Of a stretch of DNA of 64,000 nt, positions 45,958 through 55,864 are shown piece by piece (position 1 is the first letter of the stretch; every line of letters begins with the position of its first letter). The position numbers were made by a program, and so were the translations under genes. The notes beneath the pieces are model-generated. The model ran no database searches. It saw only the letters and a list, made by a program, of their open reading frames with translations, and was not told the DNA's origin. The stretch lies in the IMG/VR virus record IMGVR_UViG_3300020473_000010, positions 186,001 to 250,000 of that record; one strand, written 5' to 3'.

Positions 45958-47787
45958 TTATTGGGCATTGATAATAATATCATGATCTGGAAATCTACAC
46001 TCAAAAATATCTCCTGGTTCGGCAAAATAAATTCCTTTAGCCTTAATAGAAGCCATATCTACGAATTCTGAAGAATATGATCTATCCAATATTTTCCCGT
46101 TAACATTTTCTAAACTTAAACTTACAAGAGAAAGAACTCCAGTAATCCCTATAATCGAATATACTAAATCCGATTCATTAATGGGTTGTCCAATTTGAAA
46201 ATTCTCTATAGCAACAACTTTCTTTAAATCTGATATTACATTCGAAATAACGTCTAATTTATTAGCATTGGGTGCTGTTACAATATCAGCCCGGATTCTA
46301 TAATTAAGTACTCTTGCATCTAATATGTCCAAAGCATCTCCTACTAATCTAAACTGGTTTAAATAAACAGAAAGATTGTCTTTTAAAGCATCGGGAGATA
46401 CTACTAGATTTCCAGAAGAATCTTTAGATACTATATATAAAACGCTGGCAAGGTTATTATTAGGGTTATCAGAAATTCCAGCCCTGAAAATCCTCCCAAA
46501 TTCATTTGGCAAAGTATATACGCGTGCCATTAAATCTTCTTTTGTTACAATTCTATTTTGCATTGACCTCGAAGAAGGAATGGCTTGCTTGATATCTGTA
46601 ATTGACTGTGGTGGGGCGCCACCAGAAGCTTCTAAAGGATTACTAACAACTATAGAGTTTTTCACAGCCGTCGCTGATGTTGGGTTTGCAGTATCTTTAA
46701 ATTTTATATTTAAAGATGAAACAGAATCAATTGATTCTGCTGAGACATTATGGTTAGCTCCTCCGCCATATCGATATGTGATTGTGAGAGTTGTATTAAT
46801 CGGAGCGATTCCTAAAGTTTTTGTTCTTAAAAGACTTGACGGATCAATGCTGAATTCACTAAATGTTTTTTTACCGTATAGTGGCAAAGCTAAATCTGAG
46901 GGGTCTGGGACTAATTCATCTTTAAGTGATTTTGCGTCGCCGGCACCAAATGAAAGTGTTGTAGATCTAGTCCTAATATCTGTTGTAACGGTATACCGGT
47001 AAGGTGCAGGAATAACTTCTAATCCAGAAATTTCACCATCCGGATCTTCTATTTTGTTAAAAACAGTGTCTTGACTAAGAGACTCAACTTCATAAAAATC
47101 ATTGCCTTCGGTATCGATAACCCTAATTATAGTTGAAACATTGGGGTATTTTAATTTAATCCTCCGGAATTTTTTAAAGTTCCCTACTGATATTTTTTCA
47201 GTAACAACTTCACCAGAGATACACCTTCCTGGTAGAATCATCGTATAAAGAGAGGGCGCTTCTCCGGGGCGCTGGAAGGGTATAGATGTTGCTAAATAAT
47301 CACCGGAGGGTTTTTTAGCAGAAAAATCTAGATCTTCTGTTAAAAAGAATTTTACACCTGCAGTTGAAATTAATACGGAATTTTCCATTATTACCGGTAA
47401 TAAATCCGGATCTGGCTCATAAAGGCCGTCGGCTTTCTGGATGGCTGGGGTTTCTATATAAAAATTAACCATAGAAACGGCTGGAGCTGCACCGACTATT
47501 TTTACGCCGGCATTAATTGCATGCATTTCAATATTATCTAGCTCGGTTGCTAATAATGGATTCACCTCATGAAATTGATGATCCATATAAAAACTTAAGT
47601 TATCGCCAATCATAGCTGCCATATCCAAAAACAACCCACCTAATGAAGCTTCTGAAAAATCTTGGATTTTTTCTGGAAAATATGTTTGAGCATACCGGTA
47701 CAATTCAGAGCGAAAACCATCAAAATCTCGTGCTAAATAATTTCTTTGTACTCGGTTTTTTATTTGTTTTTTGATTTCTTCAGACAT
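45958..47787 (-). CDS. Baseplate wedge subunit, T4 gp6/P2 gpJ-like
   Basis: NYLARDFDGFRSEL...DFSEASLG..FLDMAAMIGDNLSFYMD; SFGAG; TITYRYGGGANHNV; SGGAPPQS...QNRIVTKED. Confidence 0.88.
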   Translation of the reverse strand: MSEEIKKQIKNRVQRNYLARDFDGFRSELYRYAQTYFPEKIQDFSEASLGGLFLDMAAMIGDNLSFYMDHQFHEVNPLLATELDNIEMHAINAGVKIVGAAPAVSMVNFYIETPAIQKADGLYEPDPDLLPVIMENSVLISTAGVKFFLTEDLDFSAKKPSGDYLATSIPFQRPGEAPSLYTMILPGRCISGEVVTEKISVGNFKKFRRIKLKYPNVSTIIRVIDTEGNDFYEVESLSQDTVFNKIEDPDGEISGLEVIPAPYRYTVTTDIRTRSTTLSFGAGDAKSLKDELVPDPSDLALPLYGKKTFSEFSIDPSSLLRTKTLGIAPINTTLTITYRYGGGANHNVSAESIDSVSSLNIKFKDTANPTSATAVKNSIVVSNPLEASGGAPPQSITDIKQAIPSSRSMQNRIVTKEDLMARVYTLPNEFGRIFRAGISDNPNNNLASVLYIVSKDSSGNLVVSPDALKDNLSVYLNQFRLVGDALDILDARVLNYRIRADIVTAPNANKLDVISNVISDLKKVVAIENFQIGQPINESDLVYSIIGITGVLSLVSLSLENVNGKILDRSYSSEFVDMASIKAKGIYFAEPGDIFECRFPDHDIIINAQ

Positions 47788-47796
47788 TTTTAAAAA

Positions 47797-48312
47797 TTAT
47801 CCTCCCACATACAACATTATTTCTAAAGATCTAAGGGTATTATCTATTCTCGGAACTTTATATGTAATTTTAAGACCAACTTTTCCTACTTCTTTGTTTT
47901 CATTGCGATCAATAAACGATTGAAATGTTTCCAGATTGACATATGGCATATATTTTGCTGTAGCACGTTTGATTCTAGAAATTGCTTCTACTTCAAAATC
48001 TTCATCTCCAAACTCAAACACTAATTCGCCTAAATTAGCTCCAAAATCATATAGCCCTAAACGTTCTCCATGGTTAGTTTGAATAAGGTTTCTTAAATTA
48101 TCAGCTATTTGGGGACCGATTTTTGTGTTCATGGAAAATAGTGATGTCAAACCTAATTGCAATGGCGTCTTTATCCCTATAGGCAACTCTACAGGAGCTA
48201 TTAAATCCTGTTGTTCTTTTATACTTAAAGCTGTTTCACCAACACTTTTAAAACTATATACTTTTCTATTTCTTAAAGACTGCGCTTTAAAGCGCTGTTG
48301 AATATAACTCAT
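47797..48312 (-). CDS. Baseplate wedge protein, gp25/gpW-like
   Basis: QIADNLRNLIQTNHGERL...FGANL..LVFE...I.....KYMPYV is the gp25-family signature. Confidence 0.9.
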   Translation of the reverse strand: MSYIQQRFKAQSLRNRKVYSFKSVGETALSIKEQQDLIAPVELPIGIKTPLQLGLTSLFSMNTKIGPQIADNLRNLIQTNHGERLGLYDFGANLGELVFEFGDEDFEVEAISRIKRATAKYMPYVNLETFQSFIDRNENKEVGKVGLKITYKVPRIDNTLRSLEIMLYVGG

Positions 48313-48330
48313 GTTCCCAACTCCATACTC

Positions 48331-48338
48331 ATAAATAT
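48331..48338 (-). promoter_or_regulatory. Putative late promoter motif ATATTTAT
   Basis: 18 nt upstream of the ATG at 48312 of the gp25-like gene. Confidence 0.5.
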
Positions 48339-48354
48339 ATCGTTGAGAATAATC

Positions 48355-48627
48355 TTAAGTTAAATTACCTGTTCCAGTTCCCGATACAACGGTTGAAACT
48401 GGGCCACCTGAGTTACCACCGGTACCGCTTGCAGTTACTGACGTCATTACTGACGCTGAGGTAACATAAGCTTTGATTGCATCAGCAATTGCTAGAGCCA
48501 AAAGTGAATTAATCGAATCTGATGGTAAACCTTTCTTTACCGCGTTGTCTCGTGCATCTGCGAAAGCTTTTTCAATATCCGAAATTAGTTGTGGGTATGC
48601 TGCAGCTAATGACATATTATTCTCCAA
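48355..48627 (-). CDS. Small protein between spike and gp25 genes, possible spike-tip/baseplate accessory (probable start MSLAAAY at 48615)
   Basis: LALAIADAIKAYV...GGPV...GTGTG; occupies the position where PAAR/gp5.4-type genes usually sit. Confidence 0.45.
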   Translation of the reverse strand: MENNMSLAAAYPQLISDIEKAFADARDNAVKKGLPSDSINSLLALAIADAIKAYVTSASVMTSVTASGTGGNSGGPVSTVVSGTGTGNLT

Positions 48628-50107
48628 AAATTCTAGTTGATTTTAATTGAGGTATTTCTGATTTTCTAGAAGCGATTGCAGTTTTTAATGAAGCGGCCGC
48701 TTCTAGAATTTGTGGGGATGGGGCGCCGTACCCAGGTGTAATATGGGTATTCAAAGTGGTTGCAAAAGCATCTAAATCAGACAATATCGCTTTAAATAAA
48801 TCTTCTAATTGTTGATAAAGCACATAAGGTTGGGCTCCATTTTCTCCTGGTCCTCCACCTGCTCCAGAATCCGAGGTTGTTCTTCCTAAATAAATTTGGT
48901 TTCCGGCAATACTAATATTTCCCGATGGTTCTAGAAATATTGAAGCAGCATCATCTTTTGCTGATCCTTCTTTTAATATTCGTATACTTCCGTTAATTGA
49001 TTCTTCATCATCTTTTCGAGAGACTATACGTATATGATCAGACTTTATTACAATTGCTGCTTGATCTTCTATATTATCATATTTCCCTGTGAACGGGGAG
49101 GGGAATGATTCATTTAAAGAAAACTCTTTTTCAGGGGAGGATTTAGATGAAATATAAATCCTTGAAGCATCTTTATAGAAATCCGGGTCTCCTTCGTGAG
49201 GGTTTTGAGCAATGTTGTTTATCTGTCCATTTTTGTCTGCTTCTTGTTTTCCTAATTCGTTTTCTATTACGGATGGAGCTGTCCTATTAGGAGAAGAACC
49301 AGCCATTGCCGCAGTTGTTGCTGACGGTAAATCTCTAGCACGACCGGCTACTAAATCTATAGACCCGGAAAAGTCCAAGGGCTCTTCTTCAGCGTTTGTT
49401 GTAGAAAAAGAAGTATCAGATTTTGTCCACCCGCGGGCTTCTCCTAAGATTATTGCAGTGTTGTTTGATCCTTGAAGCACTAGATCACCCGGGCGCTTTG
49501 TTAAAGCAGGAACAGGTTCCATTCTAAAATTATTGGATTTACTATTTTCTATTATTGATTGATATGTTTCATCTTCTTTTAATGATTTACCAGAATCTGT
49601 TTCACTACTATCATTAAAAGAAGGAATAACAGGGCCAGTCATTCCAAGTTCAGATTTTTCTTTAGCATTTAACTCAGTAGGTGCAAGGAATTTTCTATCA
49701 GAATGGGTATAATTCACATCTTCTGAAATAGAATTTCCTGGTATTCGAGCTAACCAATAATAAATGTCTTCGTTTTCTTTAATAAGCCAAACATGTTCTC
49801 CAACCTTAATAGGGAGTTGTAAATGCTGAGGAAACAGTGGTGGACAAACAAGCATTTGACTTTTCCCATCTTCTACCAAGGTAACAAACAGAGTATTTCT
49901 TGACATATTTTGAAGATGGGATGGGTTTCTTACTTCTTCTCCAAAGGAGCTCGAGTCAAATGTTAATGGATTATATATAACTTCCCGTACAATTCCCCGA
50001 GTGAGAACTCCAGAAAGTTGCGAATCTTGGGCACTTTTTGATGCTGCGGCTCTTTGTGCTTGTCCTCGTTGTGACGATGGAATTGCAGATGCATCAATTG
50101 AAGACAT
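48617..50107 (-). CDS. Baseplate hub/central spike protein, gp5/gpV-like (496 aa)
   Basis: OB-fold-like LPIKVGEHVWL...YYW; PGDLVLQGSNNTAIILG; IVIKSDHIRIVSR beta repeats; apex-like LNTHITPGYGAPSP; lies upstream of gp25. Confidence 0.7.
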   Translation of the reverse strand: MSSIDASAIPSSQRGQAQRAAASKSAQDSQLSGVLTRGIVREVIYNPLTFDSSSFGEEVRNPSHLQNMSRNTLFVTLVEDGKSQMLVCPPLFPQHLQLPIKVGEHVWLIKENEDIYYWLARIPGNSISEDVNYTHSDRKFLAPTELNAKEKSELGMTGPVIPSFNDSSETDSGKSLKEDETYQSIIENSKSNNFRMEPVPALTKRPGDLVLQGSNNTAIILGEARGWTKSDTSFSTTNAEEEPLDFSGSIDLVAGRARDLPSATTAAMAGSSPNRTAPSVIENELGKQEADKNGQINNIAQNPHEGDPDFYKDASRIYISSKSSPEKEFSLNESFPSPFTGKYDNIEDQAAIVIKSDHIRIVSRKDDEESINGSIRILKEGSAKDDAASIFLEPSGNISIAGNQIYLGRTTSDSGAGGGPGENGAQPYVLYQQLEDLFKAILSDLDAFATTLNTHITPGYGAPSPQILEAAASLKTAIASRKSEIPQLKSTRIFGE

Positions 50108-50464
50108 TTACTTCTCCGATATTTGACTAAATAAGTCATCGGGATCTAATTTGGAATTTTTTTCTTCTTCAGATGCAATAAGATCGGCCAATTTTATTAA
50201 TTGGTCATTAGCTTTATTCATTCTTTCCAAGTATTTTGCCATAATAGAACCGAGTTGTACATGATCTGAAATACCTGCTGACATAGTTGTATATACATCG
50301 GTAAACATCATATATGCATTCATGCGATCAACGACTGCATTTTCATAGATCTCTTTCCACAGGTATTTCTTTTTCCCTTCTAAATTTTCTATAGAATTAA
50401 GCAATTCACCAAAGCTGTTAATTTTTTCTTTTAACTCTTCAGGGGACGTTGTTTTATTATTCAT
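50108..50464 (-). CDS. Helical phage protein (118 aa); possibly terminase small subunit-like
   Basis: All-helical pattern (EIYENA..DR...KYLERM.KANDQLIKL); sits beside the late sigma factor. Function is a guess. Confidence 0.35.
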   Translation of the reverse strand: MNNKTTSPEELKEKINSFGELLNSIENLEGKKKYLWKEIYENAVVDRMNAYMMFTDVYTTMSAGISDHVQLGSIMAKYLERMNKANDQLIKLADLIASEEEKNSKLDPDDLFSQISEK

Positions 50465-51186
50465 AATATATCAAACTCCTTATCTGGGCCGGCTATTTCT
50501 CTATATAGCTTTCTAATATTACTCATACAAACTGATAATTGTTTTGAATTTAGCCCACTTAATTCTCTTACATAAACAAATATTGCTCTTTTGTTTAAAA
50601 AATCTAAATCTTCAACGGTTTCGAAGATTGTTATAATTGCATCCATGCACCTTATTTCTGAGTCTGATCTTACCCTAGAGCGCATTACTTTTAACATGTT
50701 ATGAATTGTTTGCAAATTTTGGGCCTCTATAAGGTCTTGTGATGGGGACGGGACTGTATTTCCAGTAGAAGCTAAGACTGCTTCAGCATTCAAATTAGAC
50801 GAATCATCATCTATGAATACCATTCTATCTTTATGTTTTTTTACTTTTCTACTTTGGATAATTAGCCAATTTTTTGCAACAACATTAAAATAGGAAAATG
50901 CATTTTTTCCGCGGGTATGATCGAACTTATGAAGGGTTTCATATAAATTGATTACACAAGAGTGTTTTAAGCCTGGAACATCTGCGTGTTGTTTATGAAA
51001 ACCATAAATAAATATTAAATTTTCAGCAAGTTTATCTAAAGCTGGTTCAATTTCTGTTTTATATAGTTTGTTTCTTAATTCTTGACAGTCTGATTCACAA
51101 AAATCATGGATTGCCTGTTGGGTTGCCTTGGTGAAATATGGAGCACGACCCGAACGTGGTCTTTTTATTTTTTTACGGCCTTTCAT
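50461..51186 (-). CDS. Phage late-transcription sigma factor, T4 gp55-like
   Basis: YFT...AI..F...KLAENLI...KFDHTRGKNAFSYFNVVAKNWLI matches the sigma region-2 FD..K..NAFxYF signature. Confidence 0.8.
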   Translation of the reverse strand: MKGRKKIKRPRSGRAPYFTKATQQAIHDFCESDCQELRNKLYKTEIEPALDKLAENLIFIYGFHKQHADVPGLKHSCVINLYETLHKFDHTRGKNAFSYFNVVAKNWLIIQSRKVKKHKDRMVFIDDDSSNLNAEAVLASTGNTVPSPSQDLIEAQNLQTIHNMLKVMRSRVRSDSEIRCMDAIITIFETVEDLDFLNKRAIFVYVRELSGLNSKQLSVCMSNIRKLYREIAGPDKEFDIL

Positions 51187-51472
51187 CTATTTGGTTCTCC
51201 TCGTTTTCTATTTTTGCAATTTCGTTTGCGACTCTGAGAATTGAATCTCTTGAATCCTTAATGTCATTTATAACTTGCCTAATTTGTGGAGAATCATAAA
51301 ATATTGGGATTTCTAAAATTTTTGATACACTAGAATAGCGATCATCTAGAATATCTAAACTTGTTTCTAATGAATCTGTAATTTTTAATATTATATTTGC
51401 AAATTTATAATTATAATATAACGAAACTATTAACGCTATAGAAATTATCGCTAATAACCAATTTATTATCAT
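51173..51472 (-). CDS. Small membrane-anchored hypothetical protein (99 aa)
   Basis: N-terminal hydrophobic helix followed by a coiled-coil-like region. Confidence 0.6.
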   Translation of the reverse strand: MIINWLLAIISIALIVSLYYNYKFANIILKITDSLETSLDILDDRYSSVSKILEIPIFYDSPQIRQVINDIKDSRDSILRVANEIAKIENEENQIDERP

Positions 51473-52620
51473 GTATGATCTCTTAAAAATTTATCGTATA
51501 ATTCTGATATAGCTTCCTGGGAATATTTTTGCCTTATTACTTTTCCTAATTTACTAGACCAGGTTTCCGGGATGGATGTTCCTTTTTTATAAAATTTATA
51601 AATCCTTTCGGATAAATGCCTAAAATCAATCTCTGCCCAAGAGGAACCTTGGATCCAGATATTGTTATCAACTCTTGAATCTGGTATATTTTTTAAATTA
51701 TATGAAACGGACAACCATTTACCTTTGTTTAAAAACTCGCAATGAGCTGACCAGTTAGTCGCAATAACTGGCAAATTACAAGCTGCGGCTTCTAGCATGG
51801 GGAGACCAAACCCTTCTCCTCTTGTACCGGAAAGTAATGCTTTAACTTTTTTGTTTTTATATAATCCCGAGATTTCACTCTCCGATAAGGCACCGTGAAT
51901 TAAATATACTTTTGGATATTGACCGTCTCTTACTTGGTTAATTAAATTAGATAAATTTCTTCTAGTAATCCTCCTATCAATGGCGCAATTTCTTCCGGAA
52001 TTTGTTTTTATTATTAAACCAACTTCTTTGTTGTCTTTAAAAGTATTACAGAAAGTTGCTATTGTATTATACGTATTTTTCCTGTCATCTTCCTGAGATC
52101 CAGTTAATTGTCCTAAAAGTAAAAAATTAAAATCTGTTTTAATTTCCGGCATAGAAAAATCATTATCGTTTAAGCACTCTGAAATAAAACTTTCCGGAAT
52201 AACTGAAATATTTTCAGATTCGGCACCTGAATTAACTAATACTTTTTTCGAAAATTCAGATGGAACGATAACATGATCCATGTTTTTGCAATTTTCTATC
52301 CATCCTGGATTGCATTTTGTTGCTTCTACTACAGCCGTGACTCCAAAATTCCGCTCTGCAAGATTAGGATCCCACTCATTTGGTAGTTGGATTTGAAAAG
52401 AAATATTTGGTTTAATAATTGGAGGAGCTGATCTTTCCATTATTTCTCCAATTAGGCCATTTAGGTCATCCGGGTTGCAATACCACGGAGTAATTCCCCA
52501 TGGGGTAACTGAAACTGAAATCAAATATTTTTTTTCTAATGCCCATTTAAAAATCTGTCTGGCATGTACACCATAGCCAGACTGAGTTAAAAGCGGGCCT
52601 CGGATATGAATATGTTTCAT
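51469..52620 (-). CDS. Glycosyltransferase, GT4-like (GT-B)
   Basis: SGYGVHAR; IVPSEFSK; RKN; TRGEGFGLPMLEAAACNLPVIATNWSAH. Confidence 0.9.
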   Translation of the reverse strand: MKHIHIRGPLLTQSGYGVHARQIFKWALEKKYLISVSVTPWGITPWYCNPDDLNGLIGEIMERSAPPIIKPNISFQIQLPNEWDPNLAERNFGVTAVVEATKCNPGWIENCKNMDHVIVPSEFSKKVLVNSGAESENISVIPESFISECLNDNDFSMPEIKTDFNFLLLGQLTGSQEDDRKNTYNTIATFCNTFKDNKEVGLIIKTNSGRNCAIDRRITRRNLSNLINQVRDGQYPKVYLIHGALSESEISGLYKNKKVKALLSGTRGEGFGLPMLEAAACNLPVIATNWSAHCEFLNKGKWLSVSYNLKNIPDSRVDNNIWIQGSSWAEIDFRHLSERIYKFYKKGTSIPETWSSKLGKVIRQKYSQEAISELYDKFLRDHT

Positions 52621-53873
52621 TATATTTCCTCTATTGAGATACGCTTATATTTAGTTTTCCAAGATTCCAAAGTTTCTAACATGGTATTATGCCATGCATC
52701 AACTGTGTTTTGGTGGTTAAATTCAGATTCAACATAATTTTTTGCCTTTTGACCTAAGGCTTTTCGGCCTTCGGCGCCCAGTTTATACATATCCCAAATT
52801 TTTTCGCTAATGGTTTCAACCGATGTATAATCTTCATAAATGTATGGAACATTTTGAGAACCAACTAAAGTTTTTAGTTCTATTGGAAGAGCAAAACCAT
52901 TTTCAGTATTATCTCTATGGTCAATAACCTGCCTTGTTTGTCCTCCAGTTTTTGGTGCGATTATGGGAGTTCCTACTTGCATAGCTTCCAATGTGGATAA
53001 ACCGAACCCTTCTGCGTAACTTATATTAATTGTAAAATCAGCAATATTATGCAATGTATTAACTACATCGAAACCTATTCTTTTATTGGAGAACACAACA
53101 TTGTCAATTAACCCAAGCATTTCTATCATAGAAAACAAATTTGGGCCTTCTTTATCTAATGGGTCAGTATGCATTAATAAAGTGGCGTTTTTGTGACCTT
53201 CTTCTTTTTCTAATCTTTCTAGAAAGATCTTCCAAGCCCACAATAAATCGCCCGGGCGCTTTCTTCTTGCGTTTCTATTGATCCAAAACCCTAAAAAATG
53301 ATCTTTGCGATCGGGTCCTAGAATATTTAATTTTTCTGTTTTAATTTTATCTTCTGATAATTGGAAAAATGTTTTGCCAGGAAGGCTATGGGGAATAAAT
53401 TTTGTTTTTTCTGGGTAGTGTTTTACTACTTGTTCGTATGTATGGTAAGAATGACAATTAATTAGGTCTACAGAATCATAGTAACCATTATTAAATTCCG
53501 GGTAAGGGGCATTATCCCAAACATGCCAATATACGATTGGACATATTTGATGGATTTCATCTTCCATTTCAAAAATATGAATATAAAATCTTGGATCAGT
53601 GAAAAGGAAAATGATATCTGGTTTTTCTGTTGCTAAAACAACACGAATCATTTCTCTTGTTCCAAATCCATCAATTGGCTTTATAATAAAATCATCATTT
53701 ACTTTTGCGACGGTATAGTCGTCATGCTTCATAGCGGCGCCAAGTTGGCGCACTGTCCAACAGCCTTTTTCAATTAAACCGTTTATTAAATGTCTAGACT
53801 GTACTCCAACACCGCTGGTGCTTAGAGCGTGGTCGGAAATCATCACAATCTTCTTTTTACCATCCGTTTCCAC
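52620..53873 (-). CDS. Glycosyltransferase, GT4-like (GT-B)
   Basis: SDH....SGVG; NRNARRKR; SYAEGFGLSTLEAMQVGTPII. Confidence 0.9.
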   Translation of the reverse strand: METDGKKKIVMISDHALSTSGVGVQSRHLINGLIEKGCWTVRQLGAAMKHDDYTVAKVNDDFIIKPIDGFGTREMIRVVLATEKPDIIFLFTDPRFYIHIFEMEDEIHQICPIVYWHVWDNAPYPEFNNGYYDSVDLINCHSYHTYEQVVKHYPEKTKFIPHSLPGKTFFQLSEDKIKTEKLNILGPDRKDHFLGFWINRNARRKRPGDLLWAWKIFLERLEKEEGHKNATLLMHTDPLDKEGPNLFSMIEMLGLIDNVVFSNKRIGFDVVNTLHNIADFTINISYAEGFGLSTLEAMQVGTPIIAPKTGGQTRQVIDHRDNTENGFALPIELKTLVGSQNVPYIYEDYTSVETISEKIWDMYKLGAEGRKALGQKAKNYVESEFNHQNTVDAWHNTMLETLESWKTKYKRISIEEI

Positions 53874-54720
53874 TACAATGCTCCGTATTTTTAAATGAAC
53901 AGAATTTACAACTGTTATAATTTTTTAAAGTAAATCCCTTTTTTACGTTTTTAATCATGCTTTCAACTAATTTGTCGGTTTTTTCAAGAAATTTTGGCCC
54001 AGTAGAAACTTTAAAGATTTCACATGTAGAACCTAAAGGAGCTCCGCGTTTTAAGAAAACGAAAGCTGTTTTGATATCTTTTAAGTCAACCTGAGATTTT
54101 TCAGACCAATATTTTTTGTAGAGCCCAACCTGAGCCAAGGATGAAAATTCTTTTTTCTTTTGATAATACCATCCATTTTTACCGGTAGTTTTCCAATCTA
54201 AAATCCAAAAGTTTACTTTGTTTGAAGTTTTGGATTTTGGCGTCATTATAACGCAATCTATAAATCCTTTAAATTTTAAATCGAAATTATTTATAGGCTG
54301 ATATAAATCGTCTTCTGCTTTTAAAATTTCCCAACCTGGAAATGTTTCATCCATGAACTTTGGAAAGTCTGATAAAATATTTTTAGAAGATTGGATCCAA
54401 TCATTTAAATACTCGTGGGTATATTTAGATCCAATTGTAGCTCTTGATTCTGTAATTTTCTTAATATATTCGTGTGAATCGTATTGTTTAAGTTGCCACC
54501 TTTGAGTAATTTTTTTTCCTACATTTTCAATTGAAATATCATTTCCGTTTAAATATTTCTCTATTTCTTCATGGATGATTGTTCCAAAATCAGCGTATGG
54601 ATTATCTTCATATGTTTCTATTTTGTCAACATACATTAGCTTATGCCTATATGAACACTCTTTCCAGGCTTTTAGTTCGGAATAAGATATATGCGGTTTA
54701 CCGGTTGGAAAATTACTCAT
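53857..54720 (-). CDS. PD-(D/E)XK exonuclease (AddB/Cas4/RecB-like) with a probable Fe-S Cys staple
   Basis: HISYS...EC; GTIIH; KGFID; LDWKT; C-terminal CKFC.....C. Confidence 0.85.
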   Translation of the reverse strand: MSNFPTGKPHISYSELKAWKECSYRHKLMYVDKIETYEDNPYADFGTIIHEEIEKYLNGNDISIENVGKKITQRWQLKQYDSHEYIKKITESRATIGSKYTHEYLNDWIQSSKNILSDFPKFMDETFPGWEILKAEDDLYQPINNFDLKFKGFIDCVIMTPKSKTSNKVNFWILDWKTTGKNGWYYQKKKEFSSLAQVGLYKKYWSEKSQVDLKDIKTAFVFLKRGAPLGSTCEIFKVSTGPKFLEKTDKLVESMIKNVKKGFTLKNYNSCKFCSFKNTEHCSGNGW

Positions 54721-54766
54721 TTTTTGTATACCTCTCTAAATAAAGATACTCCTAAGTTTAAAGAAG

Positions 54767-55789
54767 TTAAATTTCGTTTTTTGTATAGACAGAAGGATCA
54801 ATATTATGGTATTTTCCTCTGGCAATTTTGGTTTGAATATCTAGATCGCTTTGATACATGTCTTTAACCAAATCTTTAATATCGTATTTTGGATACCATT
54901 TTAATTTAGTTTTGGCTTTTTCAGGATTACCTAAAAGCAAAGGGACTTCATGAGGCCTAAATAGTCTTTTATCTTGCTTTACATATTTTTCAATTGATAA
55001 GCCAGCGTGTTGGAAAACTAATTCTAAAAATGTTTTCACAGAATAGGTTTTTCCAGTTGCTAAAACATAATCATCCGGGGTATCTTGCTGAAGCATTAAC
55101 CACATTCCCTGAACATAATCTTGAGCATGACCCCAATCCCGTTTTGCTTCGAGGTTTCCTAGATACAATTCTTTTTGAAGCCCTAGTTTTATTCTTGCTG
55201 CTGCAATAGTGATCTTTCTAGTTACAAATGTTTCTCCGCGGCGGGGCGACTCATGATTAAACAAGATTCCGGAACAAGCAAAAAGATTATATGCTTCTCG
55301 ATAATGCCTAATCATATTATGGCAAAATAGCTTTGCACATGCGTAAGGAGATGCCGGCATAAATTTTGTATTTTCATCTTGTGGGTATACAGGGTTGTCA
55401 CCATACATTTCTGAGCTTGAAGCTTGATAAAATTTAGCTTTTGGACAACAGATTCTCCAAGCTTCAAGTAATTTTAGTGTTCCCATAGCAATAGAATCTA
55501 CAGTTTCAACAGGGACTTCAAAACTAACCCTAACATGGCTTTGTGCTGCTAAGTTATATATTTCATCTGGTTTATATTTTAAAAGAAGTCGATGCATCCA
55601 AGTAGAATCATGCATAGAACCATAATGTAAAATAAAATTAGAATCCTCAAATAGTCTATCGATTCGATCAGTTGAAATAATGCTTGTTCTTCGCTTTATT
55701 CCTATAACTTTGTATCCTTTAGAAATTAGCAAATCTGCTAAATAACTTCCGTCTTGACCAGTGATCCCTGTAATTAATGCTGTTTTCAT
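54767..55789 (-). CDS. gmd: GDP-mannose 4,6-dehydratase
   Basis: ALITGITGQDGSYLA, YNLAAQSHVRVSF, YQASSSEMYG, SPYACAK, NHESPRRGETFVTRKIT, RDWGHA. Confidence 0.97.
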   Translation of the reverse strand: MKTALITGITGQDGSYLADLLISKGYKVIGIKRRTSIISTDRIDRLFEDSNFILHYGSMHDSTWMHRLLLKYKPDEIYNLAAQSHVRVSFEVPVETVDSIAMGTLKLLEAWRICCPKAKFYQASSSEMYGDNPVYPQDENTKFMPASPYACAKLFCHNMIRHYREAYNLFACSGILFNHESPRRGETFVTRKITIAAARIKLGLQKELYLGNLEAKRDWGHAQDYVQGMWLMLQQDTPDDYVLATGKTYSVKTFLELVFQHAGLSIEKYVKQDKRLFRPHEVPLLLGNPEKAKTKLKWYPKYDIKDLVKDMYQSDLDIQTKIARGKYHNIDPSVYTKNEI

Positions 55790-55833
55790 ATTTTATTTGT
55801 AGTGAAAGGTTTGTTGAAGTTTTGCCAATTCTA

Positions 55834-55862
55834 ATTTTATCTAGTCTATACCATTTGTACAA
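55834..55862 (-). promoter_or_regulatory. Sigma70-like promoter upstream of gmd
   Basis: TTGTAC (55862-55857), a 17-nt spacer and TAAAAT (55839-55834), in a 75-nt intergenic gap. Confidence 0.45.
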
Positions 55863-55864
55863 GA

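Noticed and set aside
46376-47002. 208-aa plus-strand ORF, and the many other 60-170 aa ORFs nested in or antisense to long genes
   Set aside because: They lie wholly within well-supported minus-strand genes, show no recognisable motifs, and read like antisense or alternative-frame shadows.
53857-54720. Calling the nuclease a CRISPR Cas4
   Set aside because: No repeat-spacer array or other cas genes were seen; stand-alone Cas4-like nucleases are common in phages.
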